A stretch of DNA of 64,000 bases from Gemmatimonadota bacterium. GTDB taxonomy: Bacteria > Gemmatimonadota > Gemmatimonadetes > Palauibacterales > Palauibacteraceae. Positions 56,501 to 64,000 of the stretch are shown here, piece by piece (position 1 is the stretch's first letter; each line of letters begins with the position of its first letter). Location of the stretch: assembly GCA_021295785.1 (NCBI GenBank), contig JAGWBR010000011.1, positions 37,839 through 101,838 on the forward strand. The letters run 5' to 3'. The notes beneath the pieces are model-generated. The model had not been told where the DNA came from. It searched no databases and was given only the letters and a program-made list of their open reading frames with translations. The position numbers and the translations under genes are program-made.

Positions 56501-58218
56501 CTGGCGGCACGGTGGATTCGCCGCTGGTCGATTTCGCGGCAACGATCCAGAACCTGAGCCTGCGGGGCCAGAGGGTTGGAGACTGGACCGCGACCGTCGG
56601 TTACGCAGACCGCGGCGCCCGGGTCAGGGCCGATCTTTTCTCAGCGTTCGGCGCGACGCACCCGCTATTCGTCGTGGACGGGACGGTGAAGACGGACCTT
56701 GCCCTGGCGCCGGTGGACCGCCGGTTGCTCCCGGATCCCTTCGCGCTGAGGGTGTACGGAGACAGCCTGGCGCTGGCACTGGCGACTCTCGCCGTGTTGC
56801 CCAACAGCGATGTTAGCGGGATATCCGGCTACGGGTCGGTGGATATGTTCCTGGAAGGTGGTCCGGGCGACCTCCGCGTGAACGGGGGGTTTTCGGCCGA
56901 CGGCGGTGCGGCGGAGCTGTCCGCGCTGGGGGTTGGTCTGCTTGATCTGACCGTGCGCGCCAACCTGCTCGGCACATCGATCCAGATCGACTCTCTCAGT
57001 GCCCGGTCGTCCGAAGGGGGAGTGCTCGACATCTCCGGTTCGGTGGACATAGCGGAGGTTTCCGATCCGGTGTTCGACCTGGGCATCGTCGCCAGCGATT
57101 TTGGGGCCCTGCGGCGTCCCGAGGCCACGTTCTCGGTCAGCGGAGATCTTCGGCTGGAGGGGCCGGTCACCGCACCGCGCATCACGGGAGACGCCACGGT
57201 GTCTGACGGCGAGATACGGCCTGACGCGGTGATCCCGGCCGGGCCGGGAGTGGGTTTTGGTGCACCGTACGGGGCGTACGGCCTGGGCGGCATTACCGAC
57301 GGCGGCCTGCTGACCGACCTCTCCGCCGTGGTGGCCGCCCCCCCCCGACCGTCGTTCGAGGATGTGGTCCGGGTTGCCGCCAACATTGCGGCGGGGCCCG
57401 ACTTGTGGCTTCGTTCACCCCAGTTGGACGTGGAACTGGAGTCCGAAGGCCTGAGCGTGGAAATGGACCGAAGCAGCGGTCTGGTATCGGTCACCGGAAG
57501 CGTCAACATTCCGCGCGGTACCTACAGGTTCGACAGGCTTCCCCCCTATGTGCAGTCGCTGCAGGTGACGGCCGGTGCCCTTGAGTTCCGCGGGGGAACA
57601 CTGGCCGCTCCGGATGTAAGCGTCGAGGCGGAATACCGCACGCGCACGCGGCAGGGTGAGGTGTTGGTCACTGCCCAGCTCGACGGTACCCTGGGCAACT
57701 ATTCGCTGAGTCTGAGCAGCACGCCGCCCATGAGCGTTGCGGACCAGCACTGTTTCCTGGCCGTTGGCACGCCGTGTTTTGAATCGGTCGACCAACAACT
57801 GGGTTCACGGCTGCTGCGCGAGACATTCCTCAGCAGCCTGAGCTCGGGCATTTCGTCGGCGCTGGTCGGACCGGCGGGATTGTCGTTCCTGAATGTCACG
57901 TCGATCGCCGGCGACAACGACCCCAGTGCGCCCCTGGCGTCGCGCAGCTGGATTGACCGGACCGTTGTCGAATTCGGCTGGTACCCTCGCAGCCAGCTGT
58001 TCGTGTCGCTTTGGCAACCGTTGGGCGGGGGACCGCCGCGGGCCTCGATCGATTGGGACTTCCTGCCCGGGTGGACCATCGAAGGTCGTGCGGGCAGCCG
58101 GTTCGACGAGCGACTGTTCGGCCTCAACCGGGCAGCAGGGCTTACGCACGCCCAGACCTTCGGAGTGTTCCTTTTCCGGGACTGGGAAACCGGGCAGGTG
58201 ACCCCGCCCGAGCCCTAA
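53518..58218 (+). CDS. TamB/AsmA-like (DUF490) translocation and assembly module protein
   Basis: 1566 aa, N-terminal TM, beta-rich body, follows an Omp85 gene, C-terminal G.Y...I..G...F, L.LSS.P pattern. Confidence 0.85.
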   Translation: MGDLPKHRLLQGRGRGRKRSGKAPANGVVGRGWRVGRFGPVGRIQTTVACLVLLGAALGFLVTRTPPGRGILSAWAERIITARIQGDMKIGRILDGDLFGRTVFEYIELHDPEGEFVMRLDTVSIQYSPSFFSIFWGGGTEIQDMHARQAVIHLVQSQDFEWNIDRATYPVGWVSAANGFPLPQDAPQDSSLQESDPDAGQDVARRPPEAEGRPPLLIENMVADRFSIRILSIPPPEVLAGRSPWARTEGPDGLPRALFAVDDGRAHFSQIRLAPDSPILLEVGGVSGVLTLLTQPLHAESLRGSVTIGDSIRYQIDGFKTPGSALSGSGWTDWDWPPSFDFEFEIDSADVSDLGWTGLPLPQSGSTPARLRTWSDPAGFSRVRIEEVDLRSGGMRIQGDVSFVSDADPPVVEMASFELDRVPASVADDILGTGPGKQGLISGELALSGRADQLEVDADLMLEPTEVAAGNSAPGPGPGAASFLAAAGQVRFSDPDVSASAAGGVDARPPNPALEIGDVTLHLEEFDPAWLVDRGLPSGAADLLSGRHTGSWRVTRTPDNGYLLEGRAAHLNPAGQTSDLTANLAIDPVAGFVDGSLLAAPWFVTGGQGLWGSVEVSGTLDQLALQADLSDGVGRVQAAGVIAPGEEPPSYDVELSLDNISLDVWIEDWPATDLNGSLLARGRGLDPATMELEVELEIGRSRLGSTEIEDAYSRGTVSAGQATVEFLTVDSDLLAGQATGTVGLAEQAGGTLRFDFDLPEVADFAPWLENANLPLAIRPGPGEQPSFTGAVSVGGELTGGMQAADLVLSLAGRDVGWNAYEAAVVTGDVRVPALPSFDGAHGQASLLGVSRGEWELDSLAVDARFSLEAAAPGGPLVPTIAYQLAGARDTTLAAASSGTIEVGENGRTEARINQLWIELGSGELDLDAPVRLVHAADTLAVGGFDLTGTLGSIRASGQIPGSLEVNVADLDVGQAAYALTPWPETEGVLSVAATAGGTVDSPLVDFAATIQNLSLRGQRVGDWTATVGYADRGARVRADLFSAFGATHPLFVVDGTVKTDLALAPVDRRLLPDPFALRVYGDSLALALATLAVLPNSDVSGISGYGSVDMFLEGGPGDLRVNGGFSADGGAAELSALGVGLLDLTVRANLLGTSIQIDSLSARSSEGGVLDISGSVDIAEVSDPVFDLGIVASDFGALRRPEATFSVSGDLRLEGPVTAPRITGDATVSDGEIRPDAVIPAGPGVGFGAPYGAYGLGGITDGGLLTDLSAVVAAPPRPSFEDVVRVAANIAAGPDLWLRSPQLDVELESEGLSVEMDRSSGLVSVTGSVNIPRGTYRFDRLPPYVQSLQVTAGALEFRGGTLAAPDVSVEAEYRTRTRQGEVLVTAQLDGTLGNYSLSLSSTPPMSVADQHCFLAVGTPCFESVDQQLGSRLLRETFLSSLSSGISSALVGPAGLSFLNVTSIAGDNDPSAPLASRSWIDRTVVEFGWYPRSQLFVSLWQPLGGGPPRASIDWDFLPGWTIEGRAGSRFDERLFGLNRAAGLTHAQTFGVFLFRDWETGQVTPPEP

Positions 58219-59624
58219 CCGCCAGTATTCTCCGGTGCCGCCTGGCGGGAGTACAACAGGTACGGAGCCCTGAGGCGCAGGAAATCCGCCAGCGGTGCCT
58301 CCCAGCTCTCCAGCACTTCCCGCAGCGCGGCTGCGGAATCACCGGTGGAACGGACGCTGGAGCCAACCTGCTCCACCGCCGCGCGAACAACCGCGCTTCC
58401 CGCCAGCCGGTCGAAATGAGCGACCCTCCATTCCCAGTACTTGCCGCCCAGCGATCTGGCCGCTACCAGCGCCACCAACGCCACGGCCGGGGGGCGGTAG
58501 GCGTCCCGGTCGGTCACGGTCAACCGGATTCCCGCCAGCAGCTGCCCGGGGAACTTGCCGTCGCTGGGGTTTCGGGGAGTGAACTGGTGTGGCTCGACCA
58601 CGACGCCCCCGAGGTCCAGCTCGGCCAGGAGAGCGTTGATCCTGTCAGACCACGCGGGCCCGTCCAACCACGGTGCCCCCAACATGCGGAACGCCTCTTC
58701 GGACCCCCTTCCGGTCGAGATGTTGGTCCCCTCGAACAGGCAGGTACCCGGGTAGTGAGCGGCGCTTTCGAGGGTCGGCATGTTCAGCGAAGGCGGAATC
58801 CACGGGAGGCCCGTGTCGTCGAACCAATCGCCGCTACGCCATCCCCGAACGGGGACGACTGTCAGATCAACCTCGATTCCGAATTCCCCGACGAACAGAC
58901 GGGCCAGCTCGCCGACGGTCATGCCGTGCCGCACCGGTACCGGATACAGTCCGACGAAGGATGAATAAGCGGGGTCCAGCACGGGCCCCTGCACCGCTGC
59001 GCCGAGTGGGTTGGGTCGGTCGAGAACCACAAAGGGCACGCCCGTTGCGCCCGCCGCCGCCATCGCTCGGGCCATGGTGCTCACGTAGGTGTAGTAGCGA
59101 GCACCAATGTCCTGGATATCGAACACCATGATGTCGATTTCCGCGAGCATCTCAGGGGTGGGGGCTGTCGTCTGGCCGTACAGCGAGAATACCGGAAGCC
59201 CGGTCGTTGGGTCACGACCGTCGGCAATGGCCGCGCCTTCGGGGGCGTCGGCGCGGATTCCGTGCTCGGGTGCGAAGAGGGCCACCAGCCGGACCCCGGG
59301 GCTTTCGTGCAGAAGGTCAATTGTGGACCGTCGGGCACCGGACACTCCGCTACGGTTCGTGATCAGGCCTACACGCCGGCCGCGGACCAACTCAAGCGAG
59401 TCGGCCAGAAGCACGTCGATGCCCGGGAGGACTTGGGCGTGGCCGCTTGCGGTCAGGTCTTCTTCTTCGGGGCCCGCCCCGCTGTTCGAATCATTCGCGC
59501 GGCAGCCACCCGTGCCCAGAGCCCCAAGGACCATCAACCCGAGTGCGGCCCGAGCGGCTCCCGCGGCGGTGCGCCGGCCCCTGAGATCTACTGTTTCCGT
59601 CACTTTCGACCGTCCTTCGGCCAT
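58215..59624 (-). CDS. namZ: Exo-beta-N-acetylmuramidase NamZ (DUF1343) lipoprotein
   Basis: FAPEHG, SLYG, FDIQDIGARYYTY, LDRPNP, RHGMTVGELA, YPGTCLFEGT; lipobox GGC. Start approximate. Confidence 0.92.
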   Translation of the reverse strand: MAEGRSKVTETVDLRGRRTAAGAARAALGLMVLGALGTGGCRANDSNSGAGPEEEDLTASGHAQVLPGIDVLLADSLELVRGRRVGLITNRSGVSGARRSTIDLLHESPGVRLVALFAPEHGIRADAPEGAAIADGRDPTTGLPVFSLYGQTTAPTPEMLAEIDIMVFDIQDIGARYYTYVSTMARAMAAAGATGVPFVVLDRPNPLGAAVQGPVLDPAYSSFVGLYPVPVRHGMTVGELARLFVGEFGIEVDLTVVPVRGWRSGDWFDDTGLPWIPPSLNMPTLESAAHYPGTCLFEGTNISTGRGSEEAFRMLGAPWLDGPAWSDRINALLAELDLGGVVVEPHQFTPRNPSDGKFPGQLLAGIRLTVTDRDAYRPPAVALVALVAARSLGGKYWEWRVAHFDRLAGSAVVRAAVEQVGSSVRSTGDSAAALREVLESWEAPLADFLRLRAPYLLYSRQAAPENTGG

Positions 59625-59673
59625 GCGGCCCGCGGCTGTCACACGCTCCCCAACTAACGAATAAATTTACGCG

Positions 59674-62600
59674 ATGCTGATCGCGTTCATGCCCGGAAGA
59701 CCCCGCCCCCCCGTATCCGCACTGTTCAGGCCGAAACAAGGTGCGCGGTTCGCCCTGGCGCCGCTTGCCCTCGCGGCGGTACTTGTCGCGGCTTCGGCGT
59801 TCGGGTGGTCGTGCGCCACCGCCGGCGGGACCATGCGCCCCGTCCGACCCGGTCCCGACAGCCGACTGTCCGCAGCCGCCTGGGTGGACAGCGTGGCCTC
59901 CGCCCTGCCTCCGAGGCAGCGCATTGCCCAGTTGATAATGGTGTGGATGACCGGTGGCTATGCCCCTGCCGACCACGAGGAACAGACCAGGATTGCCACC
60001 CTGGTCCGCGAGCCCGGCATCGGGGGAGTGGTCGTGTCTCTCGGCACCCCCCTGGGTTACGCCGACCGGATAGCGCGATTACAGGCAGAAGCCGAAGTGC
60101 CGCTCCTCATGACCGCCGACTTTGAGTCGGGCGTTGGGTTCAGGGTCAGCAATGTCTACCGACTTCCCCACATGGTGGACATGGGAAGCGGAACCTCGTT
60201 CCCGCCGAACATGGCGTTCGGGGCGGCCGGCAGCGAAGAGTTGGTGCGCCGGGCTGCATCGGTCACCGCGGCGGAGGCCCGGGCCCTCGGCATCCACATG
60301 ACATTTTCCCCTGTGCTGGACGTCAACAACAATCCCGAAAACCCCATCATCAACACGCGGTCGTTCGGCGAAGATCCCGGGGAGGTGGCCCGGTTGGGGG
60401 GTGCATACATAAGAGGAATCTGGGAAGGCGGAGCGCTCGCCACGGCAAAGCACTTCCCGGGTCACGGAGACACCGACACCGATTCGCACCTTTCGCTTCC
60501 GAGCATTCCCGGAGACCGGCGGAGGCTTGACGCCATGGAGCTGGTCCCGTTCAGGGCTGCCGTGGATATGGGTGTTGATGCCGTGATGACAGCGCATGTG
60601 GCCGCGCCCGGCCTGTTGGGACCCGGAGCCCCGCCCGCCACGCTGGCCCCCGAGATCATGACCGACATGCTTCGCGGGGACATGGGTTTTGAAGGGGCAC
60701 TCTTCACCGATGCCCTGGACATGGGGGCTATCGTGGACGGCTACGGTGCGGGCGAGGCCGCGGTACTGGCACTTGAAGCGGGGGCGGACGTGCTCCTCAT
60801 GCCCGACGACCCGGAAGAGGCTATCGAGGCCGTGCTGGAGGCCGTCGCAAGCGGGCGACTGACCGAGGCCCGGATCGACGAATCGTTGCGCCGGGTGCTG
60901 GAGCTGAAGGCCCGCGCCGGGCTCCACCGCGGCGACGGCGTCCCCTCGTTGCAGGGCGTCGCCGGATCTGTCGGTATCGCAGCCCACCGAGCACTGGCCG
61001 CGGATGTGGCCCGCCGCTCCATTACCCTGGTTCGCGATCAAGACGGCGTTGTGCCTTTGACGGCCCAGCGGGGGCTCCGGGTATTGAGCGTCACCCTGGC
61101 CGGGACCAACGACCTCGCCGCCGGGCGCACGTTCGACGCTGGTCTGCGGTCACGGCTTCCGCGATCCTCGGTCAGCTCCGCCCGGGTCGACCCGGGCACA
61201 CCGACCGCCACCTACGACTCGCTCCTTCGCCGGGCGTCGGCCCACGACCTGACCATCCTGTCGGTCTACCTGCAGCCCAGCGGCGGCGAGGACGCCCCCG
61301 AGCTGCCCGACGACGCGGCGGCGTTTGGTGCGGCAGTGGCCGGCCAGGGCGGAGGGCTGGCCGTGATTTCATTTGGAAACCCCTACCTCTTGACCTCGCT
61401 CCCCGAAGCCGGCACGTACATGCTGGCATGGAGCGGCATCGGCGTTTCCCAGACAGCGGCGGCCGACGCGCTGGCCGGTTGGTCCGAAATCACCGGCGCC
61501 CTGCCCGTTTCCCTGCCCCCGTTCCACGAGATCGGGGAAGGGCTTTACCGGCCCGGCCCGCCGACTCCCCCCGAGGTCCCGCCCGAAGACCAGATACCAA
61601 CCCTTGAGCGGCCGTTCGGAGAACCCGACCCACCCGACGGCACGGGAGGTTGGGGGGCCGGTGAGGCACCTCCGTCAGCGGCGGGCATGGACGCTCGGGC
61701 TCTGGCAAGGGTTGACGGCATCATCGAAGCTGCCGTCGCATCGGGCGCGTCGCCCGGTGCCGCACTGGCGGTGGGTCGCCGGGGTCGTACGGTGCGTTTG
61801 CGGGGATACGGCAACCTGGATTGGGGCGAGGCGTCTGGCCCGGCCGACGAGACCACGCTCTACGACCTGGCATCTCTGACCAAGGTGGTGGGCACGACCA
61901 CCGCGATCATGCTCTTGGTTGACGACGGGTTGATTACGCTTGACACGCGGATTGCGCGGTACCTGCCGGAGTGGGGAGACGACTGGAAGAACCGGATCAC
62001 GGTTCGGGATCTGCTGTTGCACCGTGGCGGGTTGCCGCCGTTCCGCCCGTTCTGGCGAGACCTCGGCGGCCGGGCCGAGTACCGGGCGGCGATAGACACT
62101 CTGCCCCCGCCCGGGGGCCGGGCGATCGGCGACAGCACCGTCTACTCGGACATAGGCTTCATTGCCCTGGGGCTTCTCGCCGAATCGGCCACGGCTCAAC
62201 CCCTGGACCAGCTCCTCAGAAACCGGGTCTTCGGTCCGCTGGGCATGTCGGACACGAAATTCTCGCCGGTTGGCCAGACGCCTCCGGGCCAGAGCCAGCT
62301 GGCGGAGCCGCTGCTGAGGCGGATCGCTCCGACCGAAGTGGATACCCTGTTCCGGGGCCGCCATGTGCACGGGGAAGTGCACGACGAGAACGCGTTTGCG
62401 CTGGGAGGGGTGTCCGGGCATGCGGGACTGTTCTCGACAGCCCGGGACCTGGGGCGTTTTGCGGCGTGGATGCTGGACGCGAGCCGGCGGGGCGCCGGGT
62501 CCGGCGGGACCCGGTCCCGTGCGGAGCGGGTTCGCGGCGACCCCGTCAGGCCGGCCACGGTGGCGGAGTTCACCCGCCGCTGGGACGAGACCGCCAGCCG

Positions 62601-62907
62601 GGCCCTCGGCTGGGACACGCCGTCGGGCCGCTCGTCGTCCGGTCGTTACTTCGGCGCGGGTGGACGGGCTTTCGGGCACACGGGGTTCACCGGCACCAGC
62701 ATATGGATCGACCCCGATCTTGATGTTTACGTGGTGCTCCTGACCAACCGGGTGAACCCGACCAGGGAAAACACGGGCCACGTTCCGCTGCGCCGGGCGG
62801 TGCACGACGCGGTCGCGGAGGCCATTCGAGACATGCCGGTCCCGGTCCGCGGCGAGCAGCCTTCAGAGCCACCCCTGCAGCGGCATCTGGAGCACCTCAT
62901 CCGTTGA
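59674..62907 (+). CDS. GH3 beta-N-acetylglucosaminidase (NagZ) fused to a beta-lactamase-fold serine hydrolase (AmiE-like)
   Basis: KHFPGHGDTDTDSH and FTDAL (GH3 NagZ); ASLTK (SxxK), YSD, VHDENA, GHTGFTG. Confidence 0.92.
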   Translation: MLIAFMPGRPRPPVSALFRPKQGARFALAPLALAAVLVAASAFGWSCATAGGTMRPVRPGPDSRLSAAAWVDSVASALPPRQRIAQLIMVWMTGGYAPADHEEQTRIATLVREPGIGGVVVSLGTPLGYADRIARLQAEAEVPLLMTADFESGVGFRVSNVYRLPHMVDMGSGTSFPPNMAFGAAGSEELVRRAASVTAAEARALGIHMTFSPVLDVNNNPENPIINTRSFGEDPGEVARLGGAYIRGIWEGGALATAKHFPGHGDTDTDSHLSLPSIPGDRRRLDAMELVPFRAAVDMGVDAVMTAHVAAPGLLGPGAPPATLAPEIMTDMLRGDMGFEGALFTDALDMGAIVDGYGAGEAAVLALEAGADVLLMPDDPEEAIEAVLEAVASGRLTEARIDESLRRVLELKARAGLHRGDGVPSLQGVAGSVGIAAHRALAADVARRSITLVRDQDGVVPLTAQRGLRVLSVTLAGTNDLAAGRTFDAGLRSRLPRSSVSSARVDPGTPTATYDSLLRRASAHDLTILSVYLQPSGGEDAPELPDDAAAFGAAVAGQGGGLAVISFGNPYLLTSLPEAGTYMLAWSGIGVSQTAAADALAGWSEITGALPVSLPPFHEIGEGLYRPGPPTPPEVPPEDQIPTLERPFGEPDPPDGTGGWGAGEAPPSAAGMDARALARVDGIIEAAVASGASPGAALAVGRRGRTVRLRGYGNLDWGEASGPADETTLYDLASLTKVVGTTTAIMLLVDDGLITLDTRIARYLPEWGDDWKNRITVRDLLLHRGGLPPFRPFWRDLGGRAEYRAAIDTLPPPGGRAIGDSTVYSDIGFIALGLLAESATAQPLDQLLRNRVFGPLGMSDTKFSPVGQTPPGQSQLAEPLLRRIAPTEVDTLFRGRHVHGEVHDENAFALGGVSGHAGLFSTARDLGRFAAWMLDASRRGAGSGGTRSRAERVRGDPVRPATVAEFTRRWDETASRALGWDTPSGRSSSGRYFGAGGRAFGHTGFTGTSIWIDPDLDVYVVLLTNRVNPTRENTGHVPLRRAVHDAVAEAIRDMPVPVRGEQPSEPPLQRHLEHLIR

Positions 62908-64000
62908 CGCCCCTCGACACCACCCTGGCACTCGCCTACATGGCGGGGGCCGTTTCCGTCGGTGCGTGGCTGGGCAGGGGAGCGCGCACGGCCGGCGATT
63001 ATTTCCTGGGCGGGCGCGACATCCCGTGGCCCGTTGCCATGATGTCAATCGTGGCCACCGAGACAAGCACGCTGACCTTCCTCTCCATACCGGGGGTGGC
63101 CTACGCCGGGGGAATCGGATTCCTCCAGATCACCTTCGGCTATCTGGCGGGCCGAATCGCGGTGGCGGCCTGGCTGTTGCCGGCGTACTCCGAGGGGCGT
63201 CTGGAAACCGCCTACGCTCTATTGGAGACGCACTTCGGGATCCCCACCCGGCGGACTGCCTCGGTCGTGTTCATGGTGACGAGGCTGCTGGCGGACTCGG
63301 TGCGTTTGTTCGCCACCGCCATTCCGCTGGCGCTGATCACCGGCTGGTCGATCGGGTTGTCGGTGGCCGCAATCGGAGCGGCCACGTTCGTGTACACCTG
63401 CTTCGGCGGTCTGCGCTCCGTGGTCTGGGTCGATTCCGCCCAGTTAATCCTCTATATATCGGGTGGAATCACTGCGCTTGTGGTGATCGCCGCCGGCGTG
63501 CCCGGCGGGCTGCCCTCGATCGTGTCGGGTGCGTCGGAGGCGGGCAAGCTGGCGCTCTTTGATTTCTCGCTTGACTTCGGCAGGCCGTACACGATCTGGG
63601 CCGGTCTCGTCGGGGGCGCTTGCCTGTCGATGGCATCGCACGGCACCGATCAGCTGATGGTGCAGCGTCTGCTATCGTGCAGGGGGCTGGGGGAAGCACG
63701 GCGGGCGCTGGTCGGCAGCGGCTTGGCGGTCATCGCGCAGTTCGCACTGTTCCTGCTGGTCGGGGCGGCCCTTTGGGTGCACTTCGGCGCCGCCGAGTTC
63801 GAGAGCTCCGACGAGATCTTCGCGCGTTTCATTGTTGAGGACATGCCCAGCGGGCTCAGGGGGTTGTTGGTGGCGGGGGTGTTGGCGGCGGCCATGTCCA
63901 CGTTGTCGAGCTCCATCAATTCGCTCTCATCCGCGGCGGTCTACGACCTGGGGATAATGTCCCGCCTCCGGGCAGGCGGCCGGGGATTGTTGGCCGGCAG
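62904..64000 (+). CDS. Sodium:solute symporter (SSS family), runs off window
   Basis: Manual translation from TTG 62904 (TTGA overlap): ...DYFLGGRDIPWPVAMMSIVATETSTLTFLSIPG...GTDQLMVQRLL...AAAMSTLSSSINSL. Missing from the ORF track. Confidence 0.92.
   Translation, partial: MTPLDTTLALAYMAGAVSVGAWLGRGARTAGDYFLGGRDIPWPVAMMSIVATETSTLTFLSIPGVAYAGGIGFLQITFGYLAGRIAVAAWLLPAYSEGRLETAYALLETHFGIPTRRTASVVFMVTRLLADSVRLFATAIPLALITGWSIGLSVAAIGAATFVYTCFGGLRSVVWVDSAQLILYISGGITALVVIAAGVPGGLPSIVSGASEAGKLALFDFSLDFGRPYTIWAGLVGGACLSMASHGTDQLMVQRLLSCRGLGEARRALVGSGLAVIAQFALFLLVGAALWVHFGAAEFESSDEIFARFIVEDMPSGLRGLLVAGVLAAAMSTLSSSINSLSSAAVYDLGIMSRLRAGGRGLLAG

Noticed and set aside
10200-62515. Hairpin-like in-frame loop insertions (e.g. 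10200-10259, 62260-62310, 62496-62515) as a family of coding palindromic elements
   Set aside because: No shared sequence among them, and short stems are expected by chance at this GC content.
7002-62805. Many long antisense or alternate-frame ORFs (e.g. 7002-8219, 12394-14349, 17555-19276, 54211-56040)
   Set aside because: Shadow ORFs of high-GC genes: no motifs, Arg/Pro/Gly-rich, fully overlapping well-supported CDSs.
61660-62907. Beta-lactamase-like domain as an antibiotic-resistance gene
   Set aside because: Fusion to NagZ and adjacency to namZ point to an AmiE-type amidase.

Overview
High-GC bacterial chromosomal segment made mostly of housekeeping and cell-envelope genes. Gene content and order suggest Gemmatimonadota (inference, not a database result). 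No IS, prophage, CRISPR, tRNA or rRNA was seen. From left to right: DUF1365 and an FAD oxidoreductase, cutA, CtaG/SCO/DUF445, a nucleotidyltransferase, a LeuA-like enzyme, a glutaryl-CoA-dehydrogenase-like gene, a frameshifted GT9/HldE-domain fusion, two tandem FG-GAP/ASPIC-UnbV lipoproteins, and an OMP with an Ig/TIG metalloprotease-like lipoprotein. Then comes RNase P RNA and a ~34 kb co-oriented run: M16 pair, ECF sigma/anti-sigma, holA, mutS, CBS, ddl, rhomboid, EF-G2, yebC, ruvCAB, queA-tgt-yajC, def-fmt, tenI-thiS-thiG, PASTA, YbbR, tsaD, lgt, tamAB. The window ends in a namZ / nagZ-amiE fusion / SSS-transporter peptidoglycan salvage cluster. Most notable observations: a 79-bp fold-back with a poly-G core replacing RuvA domain III (possibly an artefact), repeated CTGA stop/start overlaps implying CUG initiation, a structured RNA leader upstream of rnpB, an ECF-type promoter between sigma and anti-sigma, and frameshifts located at local repeats. 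No clear-cut novel multi-gene system was identified with high confidence.
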